Assembly (NCBI GenBank): GCA_043783075.1
Contig: JAYVZU010000389.1
Span: 1 to 37,135, forward strand
DNA length: 37,135 nucleotides
Direction: 5' to 3'
Source: Rhodanobacteraceae bacterium
GTDB lineage: Bacteria > Acidobacteriota > Terriglobia > Terriglobales > Acidobacteriaceae
The notes under the pieces were generated by a model. The model saw only the letters and a list, made by a program, of their open reading frames with translations. It did not search any database and had not been told where the DNA came from. A program made the position numbers and the translations under genes. Shown here piece by piece: positions 18,169 to 28,847 of this stretch. How positions within the stretch are numbered: position 1 is the first letter of the stretch; the number at the start of each line of letters is the position of its first letter.

Positions 18169-20905
18169 CCAGAATCTCGAGGTACTGATCAGCGCCAACG
18201 CCGAGGGCGTTAAGACCGGGATGGTCGACGCGGAAAAGGCGGTCAAGTCCTCTAGCGCCAACATGGCGCAGGCGCTGAAGGAGGTTGAAGCTCACTCGAG
18301 CTCAGCTGCTGCTGCTATGGAGGGCTCGTTTAAGCAGATGTCCGTCGCAGCCAAGAGCCACCTGGGCAGCATAGGCAACGTGTTTGAGGGATTGAAAAGC
18401 AATCTCCTCGGCTTCGCTGCGGTCCTTGGTGGCGGCGCGCTGTTCGCTGAAGGTGTGCGCGCATCGAAAGAAATGACCGGCGAATCGATAAAGCTGTCCA
18501 AGGCGCTTGGCGTGCCGGTGGAGCAAGCGAGCGAATTGAACGTGGCGCTCAAGTCCGTTGGGCTGTCAGCAGACGCTTACGCGGGCGCAAACCAGCGATT
18601 GACCCGCATGCTGAAAAGCAACGAATCGGGTTTGCAGGCGATGGGCGTGCAGACCCGTGACGCCAGCGGTGAACTGTTGAACGGCGAGAAGATCATGACG
18701 AGCGCGGTGGAATCGCTCGGCAAGTACAAAGAAGGCACTGACCGAAATCTTGCAGCGCAGGCGCTATTCGGTCGCGGTGCAGCGGAAGCCACTGCGCTTC
18801 TGAAATTGAACGCCGAAGCGATGGAGAAGGCCCGCGTCAAGGCGGAAGAACTCGGTCTTGTGGTGGGCCAAAAGCAAGCTGGCGAAATGAAAGCCTATAA
18901 AGAGGCCATGGAAGGGGTTGGCCTTGTAATCGATGGTATTCAGAATCAGATAGGCAAGGCGCTCATCCCCATACTGACCGAACTTGCAGAAATGTTTTCC
19001 AGCACAGGGCCAGCACGGGTCAAGATTATGACCGTGGTGATGGAAAACCTTGCAGACATTTTTCGTGTGGTCATCCGCGGCGCCATGGAGTTGAAAGATA
19101 CCGTCATGTCCGCCTTCTCACGTGTTGGTGACGCCATCAGCGGCGGAACGGGGCAGGGCGTTACAGGTTTGCAGGTCCTGAAAAACGTCATGAGCATTCT
19201 CAAGGTGGCTGTCCTTGCGCTTGAACTCGGCATTACCATCGCCTTTGAATCAATCACCGAAACTATCGAACTTGCAGTTTCCTACATCATGCGTTTTGCC
19301 AACGTAGCAAGTGCGGCAATGCGTATGGACTGGTCGGGCGTTAAGTCCGCGTGGGCCGCGGGCGTTGCTGATGTGGAGCGCATTTTCAACGCATCTGGTG
19401 AGCGCATCGTGAAGAAGTCCGTAGAAATTGCGGCGCAGATGCAGGCCGCCCTGATGGGCGAGAACCTCACCGAAAACAAGGAAGGAGAGAAGAAGGCCAG
19501 CGGCCCGAAGGGGACAAAGAGCTTTACTGCGGAAGACAAGGGGAGCGGCAAAGACGAGGGGATGATGCGGGCGCTGGAGCTGGAGCTGGCGCAGAAGAAA
19601 GTCGCCTACCAAGAGCAGCAGCGCCTGGAGGGTTCCTTCCGTGAATTCAGCAAGCAATCCGAGCTCGAATACTGGCAGAGCAAGCTGGCGGTCGTTGCTG
19701 CAGGCAGCAAGGACGAAGTCGCTATCAAACTGAAAATCGCGAACGAGAAACTGGCAATCGACAAGGCGTCTTTCACCGCCCAGATTGCAAGCATCCATGC
19801 CAGCGGTGAAGAGTTCAAGAAGAACGCGGACGTCCAATTGCAGGTCGCGCAGCAGGTCGCAGACACAATGAAGAAGGCCTACGGCGAGGACAGTAAGGAG
19901 TTCATTGACGCACAGCGCGCCAAGGTCGCAGCACAGCGCGCAGCAGACCAGCAGCGCCAGGACATTGAACAGCAGCACCGGGCCGTCGTGAAATCCCAGG
20001 GGCTGGCGGAGATTGAGGACGCCCGGGCGGTCATGCAGTTGAAGCTCAGCGTCGGGATGATTACCGTGGCGCAAAGCCTCGAGCTCGAGCGCCAGTATGC
20101 TGAGCGGAAGTTGGCCATTGAGCGAGGGTCGCTGATGGCTGAGCTCGCAATGGTTGACCCGAAGAAAGATCCGGTTCAGGTCGCTAAGCTGAACGCGCAG
20201 CTAGAAGAATTGGAGATCAAGCACCAAACAGTAATACGTGGCATTGAAGTGAAGACCCAAGCGGAGAGCCTCAAGTATTATGCCGCGATCGGGCAGGGTA
20301 TGCAAACCAGCCTCGAGTCGAGTTTCAAGGGCATTCTTACTCACACCATGACGGTCGGGGGAGCCATCCGAAATATGTTCACCAGCATGGGGTCAACGCT
20401 TGCCAGCGTAGCTTCCAAAATGGCTGCGGACTGGGTGATGAACCAAATCAAGATGCGCCTCGCAAGCAAAGCGACGGCGCTGGCACAGCTGAACAACAAC
20501 GCAATGGCGGCGGCAGGTGCTGCCTACAATGCGGTCGTCGGTATACCCTATGTGGGCCCGTTTCTCGCCCCTGCCGCGGCGGCTGTCGCCTATGCGGGCG
20601 TGATGGCGTTCGGTAGCCTGGCAAGCGCTGAAGGTGGGTACGACATCCCAGCGGGCACGAATCCGGTCACCCAGCTTCACCAGAATGAAATGGTGCTGCC
20701 TGTCAAGTACGCAGATGTGATTCGTGGTATGGCTGACAAGGCCCCTGACCGGGGTGAAAGTGGTTCGAGCAGGGGCGACAGCGGCGGTCCCCTGACGGTT
20801 CACAACCATGTCACCATCAGCACTCCGATGGATTCACGCACCCGCGACCAGTTACTGGCGGACATGGCTAACGCCACGCACCGTGCTGTCGTGCGCAACC
20901 GATAA
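18158..20905 (+). CDS. tape measure protein
   Basis: 915 aa, helical and Ala-rich, hydrophobic segments, C-terminal ASAEGGYDIP...LHQNEMVLP motif. Confidence 0.9.
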   Translation: MATDQNLEVLISANAEGVKTGMVDAEKAVKSSSANMAQALKEVEAHSSSAAAAMEGSFKQMSVAAKSHLGSIGNVFEGLKSNLLGFAAVLGGGALFAEGVRASKEMTGESIKLSKALGVPVEQASELNVALKSVGLSADAYAGANQRLTRMLKSNESGLQAMGVQTRDASGELLNGEKIMTSAVESLGKYKEGTDRNLAAQALFGRGAAEATALLKLNAEAMEKARVKAEELGLVVGQKQAGEMKAYKEAMEGVGLVIDGIQNQIGKALIPILTELAEMFSSTGPARVKIMTVVMENLADIFRVVIRGAMELKDTVMSAFSRVGDAISGGTGQGVTGLQVLKNVMSILKVAVLALELGITIAFESITETIELAVSYIMRFANVASAAMRMDWSGVKSAWAAGVADVERIFNASGERIVKKSVEIAAQMQAALMGENLTENKEGEKKASGPKGTKSFTAEDKGSGKDEGMMRALELELAQKKVAYQEQQRLEGSFREFSKQSELEYWQSKLAVVAAGSKDEVAIKLKIANEKLAIDKASFTAQIASIHASGEEFKKNADVQLQVAQQVADTMKKAYGEDSKEFIDAQRAKVAAQRAADQQRQDIEQQHRAVVKSQGLAEIEDARAVMQLKLSVGMITVAQSLELERQYAERKLAIERGSLMAELAMVDPKKDPVQVAKLNAQLEELEIKHQTVIRGIEVKTQAESLKYYAAIGQGMQTSLESSFKGILTHTMTVGGAIRNMFTSMGSTLASVASKMAADWVMNQIKMRLASKATALAQLNNNAMAAAGAAYNAVVGIPYVGPFLAPAAAAVAYAGVMAFGSLASAEGGYDIPAGTNPVTQLHQNEMVLPVKYADVIRGMADKAPDRGESGSSRGDSGGPLTVHNHVTISTPMDSRTRDQLLADMANATHRAVVRNR

Positions 20906-20913
20906 GGCACAGC

Positions 20914-21792
20914 ATGGCGTTTCTTGAAAGCCCTCGGTTCCCTGATACCGCTGCCTACTGGGCACAGGGTGGCCCCGAATACTCAACCGACGTGGTTGAG
21001 GCGATCAGCGGCCTGGAGTCGCGGACCGCCAAGTGGCCCATTGGGCGCTGCCGGTATACGTTTCAGGGAGTTGACTTCACGCTCGTGCAGATGGCGCAGG
21101 TGACCGGGTTCTTCCGCGCTTGCAAAGGTCGGTTCAACGCCTTCCGGTTTAAAGACTTTGCGGACTATCAAGTGGCGGCGTCTTCCAGCGGGTTTATCGT
21201 GAGTGGCACCATTGACACGACTGGGTGGGTGGGCCTCCCTACCGCAGCGCTTGCAAAGCTCTACGCCTCCTCGGGTCTCACCGACATACGGCCAATCAAA
21301 AAACCCGTGTCCGGGACTGTTGCACTGCTGAACGGGGTGACCGTTCTGGTGCTTGGGACCGACTACACCTTGGACCTCACCACAGGCATCGTGACGTGGA
21401 CGGCTACCGCCACCCGTACCGTCACCTCCGTTTCGGTCGGTGTTACCACGGCAGTGACCCTGGCCAGCGCCATTGCAGGCCCTGCAATCGGCGACAAATT
21501 GTACCTAAGCGGGTTGACGGGTGCTGATGCTGCACTTGTGAACAGTGCGGCATGGCCGATCACTGCGATATCCGGTGCGGTATACACCCTGAATGTGAAC
21601 ACAGCGGGCAAGACCATCACACCAGCCAGTGGCACAGCGTATACCTACCCAGGCAGTCGCGCCAGCGATGCGCTAACGTGGTCAGGTGAGTTCGACGTGC
21701 CGGTGCGCTTCGACACCGACATCCTTCGCGGCAGCTTCAACACCGGGCTCTGGACTTGGCAGCAGCTGGCGCTGATTGAGGTGCTACGTTGA
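20914..21792 (+). CDS. distal tail protein (DUF2460, GTA-like) with an inserted domain
   Basis: FP....GGPEYSTDV...SG.E.R...W, FF...KGR...FRFKD..DY, GEFDVPVRFDTD. Confidence 0.85.
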   Translation: MAFLESPRFPDTAAYWAQGGPEYSTDVVEAISGLESRTAKWPIGRCRYTFQGVDFTLVQMAQVTGFFRACKGRFNAFRFKDFADYQVAASSSGFIVSGTIDTTGWVGLPTAALAKLYASSGLTDIRPIKKPVSGTVALLNGVTVLVLGTDYTLDLTTGIVTWTATATRTVTSVSVGVTTAVTLASAIAGPAIGDKLYLSGLTGADAALVNSAAWPITAISGAVYTLNVNTAGKTITPASGTAYTYPGSRASDALTWSGEFDVPVRFDTDILRGSFNTGLWTWQQLALIEVLR

Positions 21793-22661
21793 AACCTACC
21801 CCTTCTGCCCTGCTGACGCACTACGCCAGCGGCGCCACCACGCTGGCACATGCGCTGCGCATCACTCGCACGGACGGGCAGGTCTTTGCCTACACCTCCA
21901 GCGGCGTTGACGTCACTGTCGGTGGTGTGCGTTACAGCGCAACGCAAGGCCTCAACATCAGCGGTATTAGCAGCTCGGTTGGCTTGAACGTAGACAACCT
22001 CGAGCTCACCACACTGGATGACGGCAGCTTGTTCACCGTGGCGGATGTCAAGTCGGGCGTCTGGCAGAACGCTGCCTTCGCGATTTTTCGGTACAACTGG
22101 GCAAGCCCAACCGACGGCGTTGACTACCTTCTGTCGGGCACCATTGGCAACGTGACACTGAAGCTCGGCTCCGTGATGGCGGAGCTGCGCGGCTTACAGC
22201 AGTACCTTCAGCAGCCTGTGGGCAACGTGACGAGCAAGACCTGCCGCGCCCGGCTTGCGGACCAGCCCTCGCAAGCCGGGAACAACCGCTGCGGGCTGGT
22301 AGCATCTAGCTGGACCGACACGCTGACCGTCACCGCTGTAACCGACAGACGCACCTTTACAGCCACCGGACCCGCCCGTGCGGCCAATTGGTATGCTGAA
22401 GGAATTGCTACCTGGATGACAGGCGCCAACGCAGGCCTCAAAGCTAAAATCAAAAGCTACAGCGGCGCTCAGGTGTTTGAGCTGCTGACATCACAGCAGC
22501 GCGATATCGCGGTGGGTGACACACTGGCAGCGCTAGCCGGCTGCCGCAAGCGTCTAGCAGAGGACTGCCTTGCCAAGTTCAACAACGTCGTCAACTTCCA
22601 AGGTGAACCGCACATACCGGGCCTGGACGCACTGACACAAACCCCAACCACGAGCGCATGA
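21789..22661 (+). CDS. tail tip hub protein (DUF2163 / Phage_BR0599), probable Fe-S cluster
   Basis: ITRTDG..F.YT, AELRGL...LQQ; four Cys in CRA, RCG, GCRK and DC..KFNN..NF.GEPH.PG. Confidence 0.85.
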   Translation: MKPTPSALLTHYASGATTLAHALRITRTDGQVFAYTSSGVDVTVGGVRYSATQGLNISGISSSVGLNVDNLELTTLDDGSLFTVADVKSGVWQNAAFAIFRYNWASPTDGVDYLLSGTIGNVTLKLGSVMAELRGLQQYLQQPVGNVTSKTCRARLADQPSQAGNNRCGLVASSWTDTLTVTAVTDRRTFTATGPARAANWYAEGIATWMTGANAGLKAKIKSYSGAQVFELLTSQQRDIAVGDTLAALAGCRKRLAEDCLAKFNNVVNFQGEPHIPGLDALTQTPTTSA

Positions 22662-23104
22662 CCCCAACCCCTGCTGATGTTGTGGCCACAGCGCGCAGCA
22701 TGCTTGACACGCCTTGGATGCACCAGGCACGCCTGCCGGGTGCGGGGCTTGACTGCGCAGGCTTGCTGATCTGCACTGCGCGAGCGCTGGAGCTGGTGGC
22801 GCAGGACTGGGATATCAATGCCTACACCCGCCACCCAGACGGCACGCTGGCGGACCTGTGCGCTGAGCACATGGAGCAGATTGTGGAACTCGAGCTTGGC
22901 GCTGTGCTGGTGGTCGCTATCGAGCAAGACCCGCAGCACATCGGCATCGTGGGCGACTACAGGCATGGCGGTTGGAGCTTGATCCACGCCAGCAGCAATT
23001 CACAACCGCCCCGGGTGGTGGAGACGCGGCTGATGTTCGCACGCAACATGACACTCCGCGGAGTCTACCGCCTGCGCGGCGTCGCAGCGCAAGGGCAGGG
23101 CTAG
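22658..23104 (+). CDS. NlpC/P60 tail-associated peptidase
   Basis: AR....TPW.HQ.R..G.G.DCAGL, HIGI and LIHA catalytic Cys/His pattern. Confidence 0.9.
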   Translation: MTPTPADVVATARSMLDTPWMHQARLPGAGLDCAGLLICTARALELVAQDWDINAYTRHPDGTLADLCAEHMEQIVELELGAVLVVAIEQDPQHIGIVGDYRHGGWSLIHASSNSQPPRVVETRLMFARNMTLRGVYRLRGVAAQGQG

Positions 23105-23105
23105 C

Positions 23106-26100
23106 ATGGCACAGCTCGTCGTCGGGGCCATTGGTGGTGTGGTTGGGTTCTTTGTCGGTGGCCCTGTAGGCGCTGCTGCTGGGTTCTCGCTCGGCTATTC
23201 AATCATGGCAGGACAGGACGCAAAGGCTCCGGGCTCGTCCCGGATCCAAGACTTGCGGGTCACCGGCGCCCAGTACGGCCAGTCTATCCCCTGGGCACTG
23301 GGGGCGCCGCGCATGGCTGGGCAGGTCTGGTGGGCTAGCAACAAACGACCCATCTCGCACAGCCAGAGCGCAGGCAAGGGCGGCGGTAGCCAATCAAGCA
23401 CCAGCTACACCTATGAAGTCGACCTCTTGATCGGGTTGACAGACGGGCCAATTTCTAGCGTCACCCGCGCCTGGAGCAACGGTAAGCTAGTCTGGACAAA
23501 CCTGGCAAGCGCCACCGACCCGTCGCGCATAGCAAGCGAGAGCATTGAAGTCTGGAAACGGATGACGGTCTACAACGGCAGCACCTCACAACTGCCTGAC
23601 CCAACCTATGAGGCAGCGGTGGGCACAGGCAACGCGCCAGCCTACAGGGGCCGCTCGCTGGTGTTCATTGAAGGCTTGCAGCTTGACAGCGGCGGGCAGG
23701 TTCCGAACTTGACATTTGAAGTAGCGACCGCAACCGTATCGAGCACGAACATCACCAGGCGTGCTGCCAACAACGCCACCTCGCCACTATATTCTAATGC
23801 TACTAATACGAATGCTGGAAGACCCGCCATTGTCTCCATCACGCCCTATGTCAGAGTGGCGGTATTGTCAATCAACGATGCTACCGTCTATCAGTATCAG
23901 TATGACGGTACAGGCCTGCCCAACTCTACCCGCACGGGCTCAAGCGAATCCTATCCTGGGCCCGCAGTGTTTGGATCGGTCGCAACCTATCCGCTTGGGA
24001 TTTTGGGAGGCCTCCCCGTTCGTTTCCAAAATCTGAATAGACCGTTCGGGTCCGGCTATGGAATTCTTATCGTTGGAACGCAAAACGGAACGAGTAGTGG
24101 CTCCGGCGAGTTATTTGGTTTCGACTTGACAAGCGTATTGCCAGCCGGCGAATACTTGGGAGGTGTTTCGCTGTGCAGTGATGGAATGAATGCAATTGTC
24201 TTCACAGCGCCAAGCGATGCGACGGTAGGCGGCGCATTGCTGAACAAGTGGTATCTGATCAGCTATAACGGCACAGCCGCCACGCTCCAACGCGCAGGAA
24301 CCTTGGCTGTCGCCGCATCCATCTACAGTTTCGGTTTCGGTAACAGCGCAGGATTTCATTTCGCCTCAACGATGTTAGAGGAAAATCTGACTAGCTTGTG
24401 GGTCACATACACCCCTGGCGGTGATATCTACCTTTACACAATCGGACTCGATAACATATTGACCAACACAAGCCATCTGTTTGTTCCAGATGGCTTGTTG
24501 ACCAACGGGTTTGGCTATCCATCGATCTGGGCTCAGTCCGGTTTTTGCGTCGTAGTCTGGGAGGACAAACTTTGTACCTTCAGGCGCGGGGGCGATTCGC
24601 TTATCCCGATTCGGCTGGACAACGCCATCACCGCCCTATGCTCTCGTGCAGGCTTGAGCGCAGCGCAGTTTGACGTCAGCTCCCTTATCTCCTCGCCCAA
24701 GGTGGTGCGGGCGCTCGCAGTCGCGCAAGTCGGCGCGACCCGTGCTGCACTGGAGCAACTGCAAACAGCCTATCAGTTTGAAGCCGTGCTCAGCGACAAG
24801 CTGTATTTCCGTCCGCGGGGTGGTGCCGCTGTCACAACCATCCCTTATACCGACTTGGGCGCCACAAGCGGTGGCGCAAGCCAGTCGCAGCCTCTGCCGC
24901 TGACTATCGCTAGCGACCTCGAGCTGCCGCCTCAGGTAGCTGTGCAATACCTGAACGACCTAGCGGACCAGCAATCCGCTACAGAGGTCAGCGACAGGCT
25001 GATCGCTGGGCAGGCTTCGCTCAGCACTGTATCGCTCGGGTTGTCGTTACAGCCAACCGAGGCTAAGGCTGTAGCTGACGCCATTGTGGCTGACCAGCTT
25101 GCCAGCTTGATCACTACCTCGCTGCACCTCACGCTGCAATACGCCAACCTAGAGCCAAGCGATGTGGTGCAGGTAAACGACGCGGCTGGCAATACGCACC
25201 GCCTGCGCCTGGTGAAGCGTGACGACGCAGGTGGCGTGATAGCCTTCGACGCAGTAGCAGACGACGCGCAGGCTATCGTTTCAGCAGGCACCACGAGCAG
25301 CACCTACACCACGTCCGGTGACGTTGTTGCGCTAGCCAATACCACCCTCTATCCGCTGGATATCCCGTTGCTCCAGGAAGCGGACGACACGCCGGGTTAC
25401 TACGTCGCTGCCAACGGGACCACCACTTACTGGCCTGGATGTGTGGTTATGAGCAGCGCAGATGGCGCCACCTACGCACAAGCGGCGTCGGTTGACGAGT
25501 CCGCAGTGATGGGCGCCGCCAACACCACCTTGGGCAATTGGACGGGCGGTATGGTGTTCGACGACATCAACACCCTCACGGTGAACGTCGGCAACGGGCA
25601 GCTGGCAAGCGCCACCCGCGATGCGCTGCTGGCTGACCGCACACTCAACGTGCTGCTGGTGGGGGCGGAGGTGATTCGCTTTGCCACCGCAACGCTGGTG
25701 ACCACAGCGCCCAACATCTACACCGTGAGCCGCCTACTGCGCGGCCAGCTTGGCACTGACTGGGCAATGCTCGGGCATGGCGCCAATGAGCGGGTGGTAT
25801 TGCTGGCCATGCACGGTCTGCGGCGGGTGACGCAAAAGAGCACCGAGGTCGGGTTGACTCGCTGGCTGAAAGGTGTGACCAAAGGTCGGACCGTGGGTGC
25901 GACTACAGCGCAGTCCTTCATCAACAACGGCGTCAGCGCCAAACCGTTCGCCCCTGTGGATGCACGGGTGTCCCGAGCCTTCAACGGCGACATCACGCTG
26001 ACCTGGAAGCGCCGCACTCGCTACGCCTGCACCTTCGCCGGCACAGCGGGCATCGGCGTACCGCTTGACGAGACTGCTGAGCTGTACGACATCGACTTCT

Positions 26101-27344
26101 ACAATGCAGCGGTCTACGATGACTTGCACAAGAAGCTGACCGTGACTAACGTCGCGGGCGCGCAATACGTCCATTCGTACTACCTGCAATTCGTAATCAA
26201 CGCCTTGGCAGCCCCTAGCACGCTCTACGCGGTGATCTACCAGAAGTCAGGCACCGTGCGAGGTTACGGGTGCCAGGTGGCGTTGGCCTTGCCGGTAGCC
26301 GACGGCGCCACCACCAGCCCAGTCGTAGTGGCGGCGTCAGCTACCGGTTATATCGTGCAGAACGGGACAGCTACCAATTCGACAGACGGCTATATCACCT
26401 TCTGGTCCGCCAGCAGCCCGACGGGCCCCTACACAGCGGCTTACACCAGCACAGTGGCAAACCCCACAGGGCTTCCAGCCTTCAGCATGAGTGGCGGGCG
26501 CATCGCGCAAAACAATTCGCTTGTGGTTGGCTTCGATATGTCGGTCGAGCAGAACCTGTCGGGAGACCGTACAAAGACGAGATTCGCGCTAGCACGGCTT
26601 GACCTCGCCAGCTCACCCTATGTGACAGCTACGTCACCCTACATGATTCGCCCGCGTGCGATCGCTGGAGATGGGTCGCGGTTCCTGCTGCTGGGCGAAT
26701 ACAACCATGTCTTCTCCTCCCCCGATGGTGTTGTCTGGACCGACCTCGGGGTGATGTCGGGTGCTACCTTTCCCAACCCGATCGGCGACGACACCTACCT
26801 GACCCAGCGCTTGTTCAAGATCGGAACCCGATGGTTTCTGGTCTTTGGACGCGCAGCGGCGACGGGCACTCTGACGACATTGTTCTACACCGACAACGCT
26901 GACGCCTTGTCGGGTTGGGCCGCAGCTACCGGCATCGACGTTGATACCGTGAGCTACGTCATGGACAACATTGTATTCGACGGGACGTACCACTATGCGG
27001 TGAAGGACGTGCTGACGGGTTACCCCGGAGTCTATCGATCTTCCAACAACGGCGCGACGTGGACACTTGAGTACACAGCCACCACGAGCGCCAGCTTCGC
27101 GTTGCAATGCACCGGAACAACTGGGTCTGACAAGGTGCGGTTGTACGGCGCTGGCACGACGCACGAAAAAACAGTCGGCACCCTCATCTGGAGCAACTTT
27201 GCCAACGGCCTTGTCCACCCGTACCGCTCCGTCGACTACGGCGGTCACCTGCTCGTCACCGACAACGCACCAGCATACTCAGGTGGCGGGAGCCGCATCG
27301 CATACGAGACCGGCGGCGTCTTTACCACGGTCACCGGATTCTAA
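23106..27344 (+). CDS. central tail tip / host-specificity protein (megatron, gpJ-like)
   Basis: YG..IP...G..R.AG.V.W, PAYRG, PNLTFEV, LEPSDV, GAEV..F...L.....Y..S.LLRG..GT, W.RRTR; C-terminal BNR-like S.DG..W repeats. Confidence 0.9.
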   Translation: MAQLVVGAIGGVVGFFVGGPVGAAAGFSLGYSIMAGQDAKAPGSSRIQDLRVTGAQYGQSIPWALGAPRMAGQVWWASNKRPISHSQSAGKGGGSQSSTSYTYEVDLLIGLTDGPISSVTRAWSNGKLVWTNLASATDPSRIASESIEVWKRMTVYNGSTSQLPDPTYEAAVGTGNAPAYRGRSLVFIEGLQLDSGGQVPNLTFEVATATVSSTNITRRAANNATSPLYSNATNTNAGRPAIVSITPYVRVAVLSINDATVYQYQYDGTGLPNSTRTGSSESYPGPAVFGSVATYPLGILGGLPVRFQNLNRPFGSGYGILIVGTQNGTSSGSGELFGFDLTSVLPAGEYLGGVSLCSDGMNAIVFTAPSDATVGGALLNKWYLISYNGTAATLQRAGTLAVAASIYSFGFGNSAGFHFASTMLEENLTSLWVTYTPGGDIYLYTIGLDNILTNTSHLFVPDGLLTNGFGYPSIWAQSGFCVVVWEDKLCTFRRGGDSLIPIRLDNAITALCSRAGLSAAQFDVSSLISSPKVVRALAVAQVGATRAALEQLQTAYQFEAVLSDKLYFRPRGGAAVTTIPYTDLGATSGGASQSQPLPLTIASDLELPPQVAVQYLNDLADQQSATEVSDRLIAGQASLSTVSLGLSLQPTEAKAVADAIVADQLASLITTSLHLTLQYANLEPSDVVQVNDAAGNTHRLRLVKRDDAGGVIAFDAVADDAQAIVSAGTTSSTYTTSGDVVALANTTLYPLDIPLLQEADDTPGYYVAANGTTTYWPGCVVMSSADGATYAQAASVDESAVMGAANTTLGNWTGGMVFDDINTLTVNVGNGQLASATRDALLADRTLNVLLVGAEVIRFATATLVTTAPNIYTVSRLLRGQLGTDWAMLGHGANERVVLLAMHGLRRVTQKSTEVGLTRWLKGVTKGRTVGATTAQSFINNGVSAKPFAPVDARVSRAFNGDITLTWKRRTRYACTFAGTAGIGVPLDETAELYDIDFYNAAVYDDLHKKLTVTNVAGAQYVHSYYLQFVINALAAPSTLYAVIYQKSGTVRGYGCQVALALPVADGATTSPVVVAASATGYIVQNGTATNSTDGYITFWSASSPTGPYTAAYTSTVANPTGLPAFSMSGGRIAQNNSLVVGFDMSVEQNLSGDRTKTRFALARLDLASSPYVTATSPYMIRPRAIAGDGSRFLLLGEYNHVFSSPDGVVWTDLGVMSGATFPNPIGDDTYLTQRLFKIGTRWFLVFGRAAATGTLTTLFYTDNADALSGWAAATGIDVDTVSYVMDNIVFDGTYHYAVKDVLTGYPGVYRSSNNGATWTLEYTATTSASFALQCTGTTGSDKVRLYGAGTTHEKTVGTLIWSNFANGLVHPYRSVDYGGHLLVTDNAPAYSGGGSRIAYETGGVFTTVTGF

Positions 27345-27353
27345 GGAGCAGCT

Positions 27354-28058
27354 ATGCCCATGCAACAACTCACCTCGTCCCAGGCAAGCCCTGAGGTTCC
27401 AATCAACGAGAACTTCGAGACGCTGTTGGGTCTGTCGGTCTACGGCAAGCGCCAACCCGTCACCACCGGGCTGACTTGGGGTTACTACGGTGGCATCTGG
27501 GGTGGCACTGCGGTGGCGGACGGTACGCTTACGCTGACGGCTAGTACCGTGAATTATGTGGTGGTCAAGCGGGTCGACAGCACCATCAGCACAAGCACAG
27601 CCACCACCAATTGGCTCGACGTTGCCAACTATGCCCGCGTCTACAAAATCACCACCAGCGGGAGCGCCGTTGCTGTGGGTGGAGTTGAAGATCACCGGGC
27701 GGGTCTTTACGGCGTCCATGGCATGCAACTGCCCGAGAAGCGGTTGGAGTCGGTATCCGCGGCCTATACCTTCGTCTGGGCGGATATGCACGCTACCAAG
27801 CTGCACCCCGCAGCGGACACCACGGCACGGGTCTGGACGATCCCTGCCAATGCCAGCGTGGCGTACCCCGTGAACGCTGAGCTGGAGCTGATCAACCAGA
27901 ACGCGGCTGGCGTGGTCACCCTGGCCATCACGACCGACACCATGCGCCTGGCAGGCGCGGGCACTACGGGCAGCCGCACGTTAGCGGCCAACGGCTGGGC
28001 ACGGGCAAAGAAGATCACCAGCACCGAATGGATCATCCGCGGGGAGGGCTTGACGTGA
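27354..28058 (+). CDS. tail fibre / receptor-binding-associated protein
   Basis: AAGGAG RBS; Q..PEV..NE N-terminus; C-terminal TIPANASVAYP....EL...Q..AG.VT..., K....EWI..G.L fibre motif. Confidence 0.75.
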   Translation: MPMQQLTSSQASPEVPINENFETLLGLSVYGKRQPVTTGLTWGYYGGIWGGTAVADGTLTLTASTVNYVVVKRVDSTISTSTATTNWLDVANYARVYKITTSGSAVAVGGVEDHRAGLYGVHGMQLPEKRLESVSAAYTFVWADMHATKLHPAADTTARVWTIPANASVAYPVNAELELINQNAAGVVTLAITTDTMRLAGAGTTGSRTLAANGWARAKKITSTEWIIRGEGLT

Positions 28059-28071
28059 CAGGGTCGATACC

Positions 28072-28404
28072 GTGAACGACCGCGACAACCCAACATGGCA
28101 GTACTCGGGCGATAAAGAGGCGCAATTGTGGAAGGCTATCCACTACAACGGCGAGCGCATTGACAGCTTCGAAACGACCGTAGAACAGACAGTGACACGC
28201 GCCGTAAAAGAGGCCATGCCAAACGCCCTGCTGAGTTCCGATGAATACCATTGGGTGAAGCTCGCCATCAAACGCGAAGCGCAGACCATCGCATTCCGAC
28301 AAAGCGTGATTGACAAGACGTTGACCGGCCTGTTGTGGGCGCTGATCCTGGGCGTCGGGATCATCCTCAAAGAATACTTTGCAGCGCACGGATGGAAACT
28401 ATAG
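28072..28404 (+). CDS. membrane protein with a C-terminal TM helix (holin/antiholin-like)
   Basis: Coiled N-terminus plus TLTGLLWALILGVGIIL; follows the tail genes. Confidence 0.6.
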   Translation: MNDRDNPTWQYSGDKEAQLWKAIHYNGERIDSFETTVEQTVTRAVKEAMPNALLSSDEYHWVKLAIKREAQTIAFRQSVIDKTLTGLLWALILGVGIILKEYFAAHGWKL

Positions 28405-28415
28405 GAGGCATCAGC

Positions 28416-28847
28416 ATGCTGATATTCCCCGTCTTGATGACCCGCCTTGTCGCAGCGTTGGCGTTGGCGTTCATTGCGCTGCTGGCCTACCTGGTGTTTC
28501 TGGAGCCCCCTTGGCTGACGTACACAAACACTCCATTCCCGGTGCTGAACAGCCCGGTGAGGCCTGGCAACCCGGTGAAAATGGCCGTAACGCGGTGCAG
28601 CTCGGCCAGCGTGACGCGGCTTTACGCACTGTCTCGCACGCTCAAAGGAAATGGGGCCGAAATCATCCTGCCGGCCGGCTTGGTGTCGATTGATCCGGGG
28701 TGCATAAGCGTTGAATCTGCCGCGAACGTGATCCCGCCAGGCACGCCGCCAGGCACCTACACGCTTCACGGGTACGGGGAGATTCAGGGCATCGTCCGAA
28801 CCAGTTCGGTCGCGTGGGAGAGCCAGCCCTTTGAGGTGATGCCGTGA
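28416..28847 (+). CDS. membrane-anchored protein of the lysis region
   Basis: AGGAGG RBS before ATG 28416; N-terminal TM helix; two Cys in the soluble domain. Confidence 0.65.
   Translation: MLIFPVLMTRLVAALALAFIALLAYLVFLEPPWLTYTNTPFPVLNSPVRPGNPVKMAVTRCSSASVTRLYALSRTLKGNGAEIILPAGLVSIDPGCISVESAANVIPPGTPPGTYTLHGYGEIQGIVRTSSVAWESQPFEVMP

Noticed and set aside
23106-28058. Diversity-generating retroelement or invertible tail-fibre system
   Set aside because: No reverse transcriptase, invertase, TR/VR pair or inverted fibre segments seen
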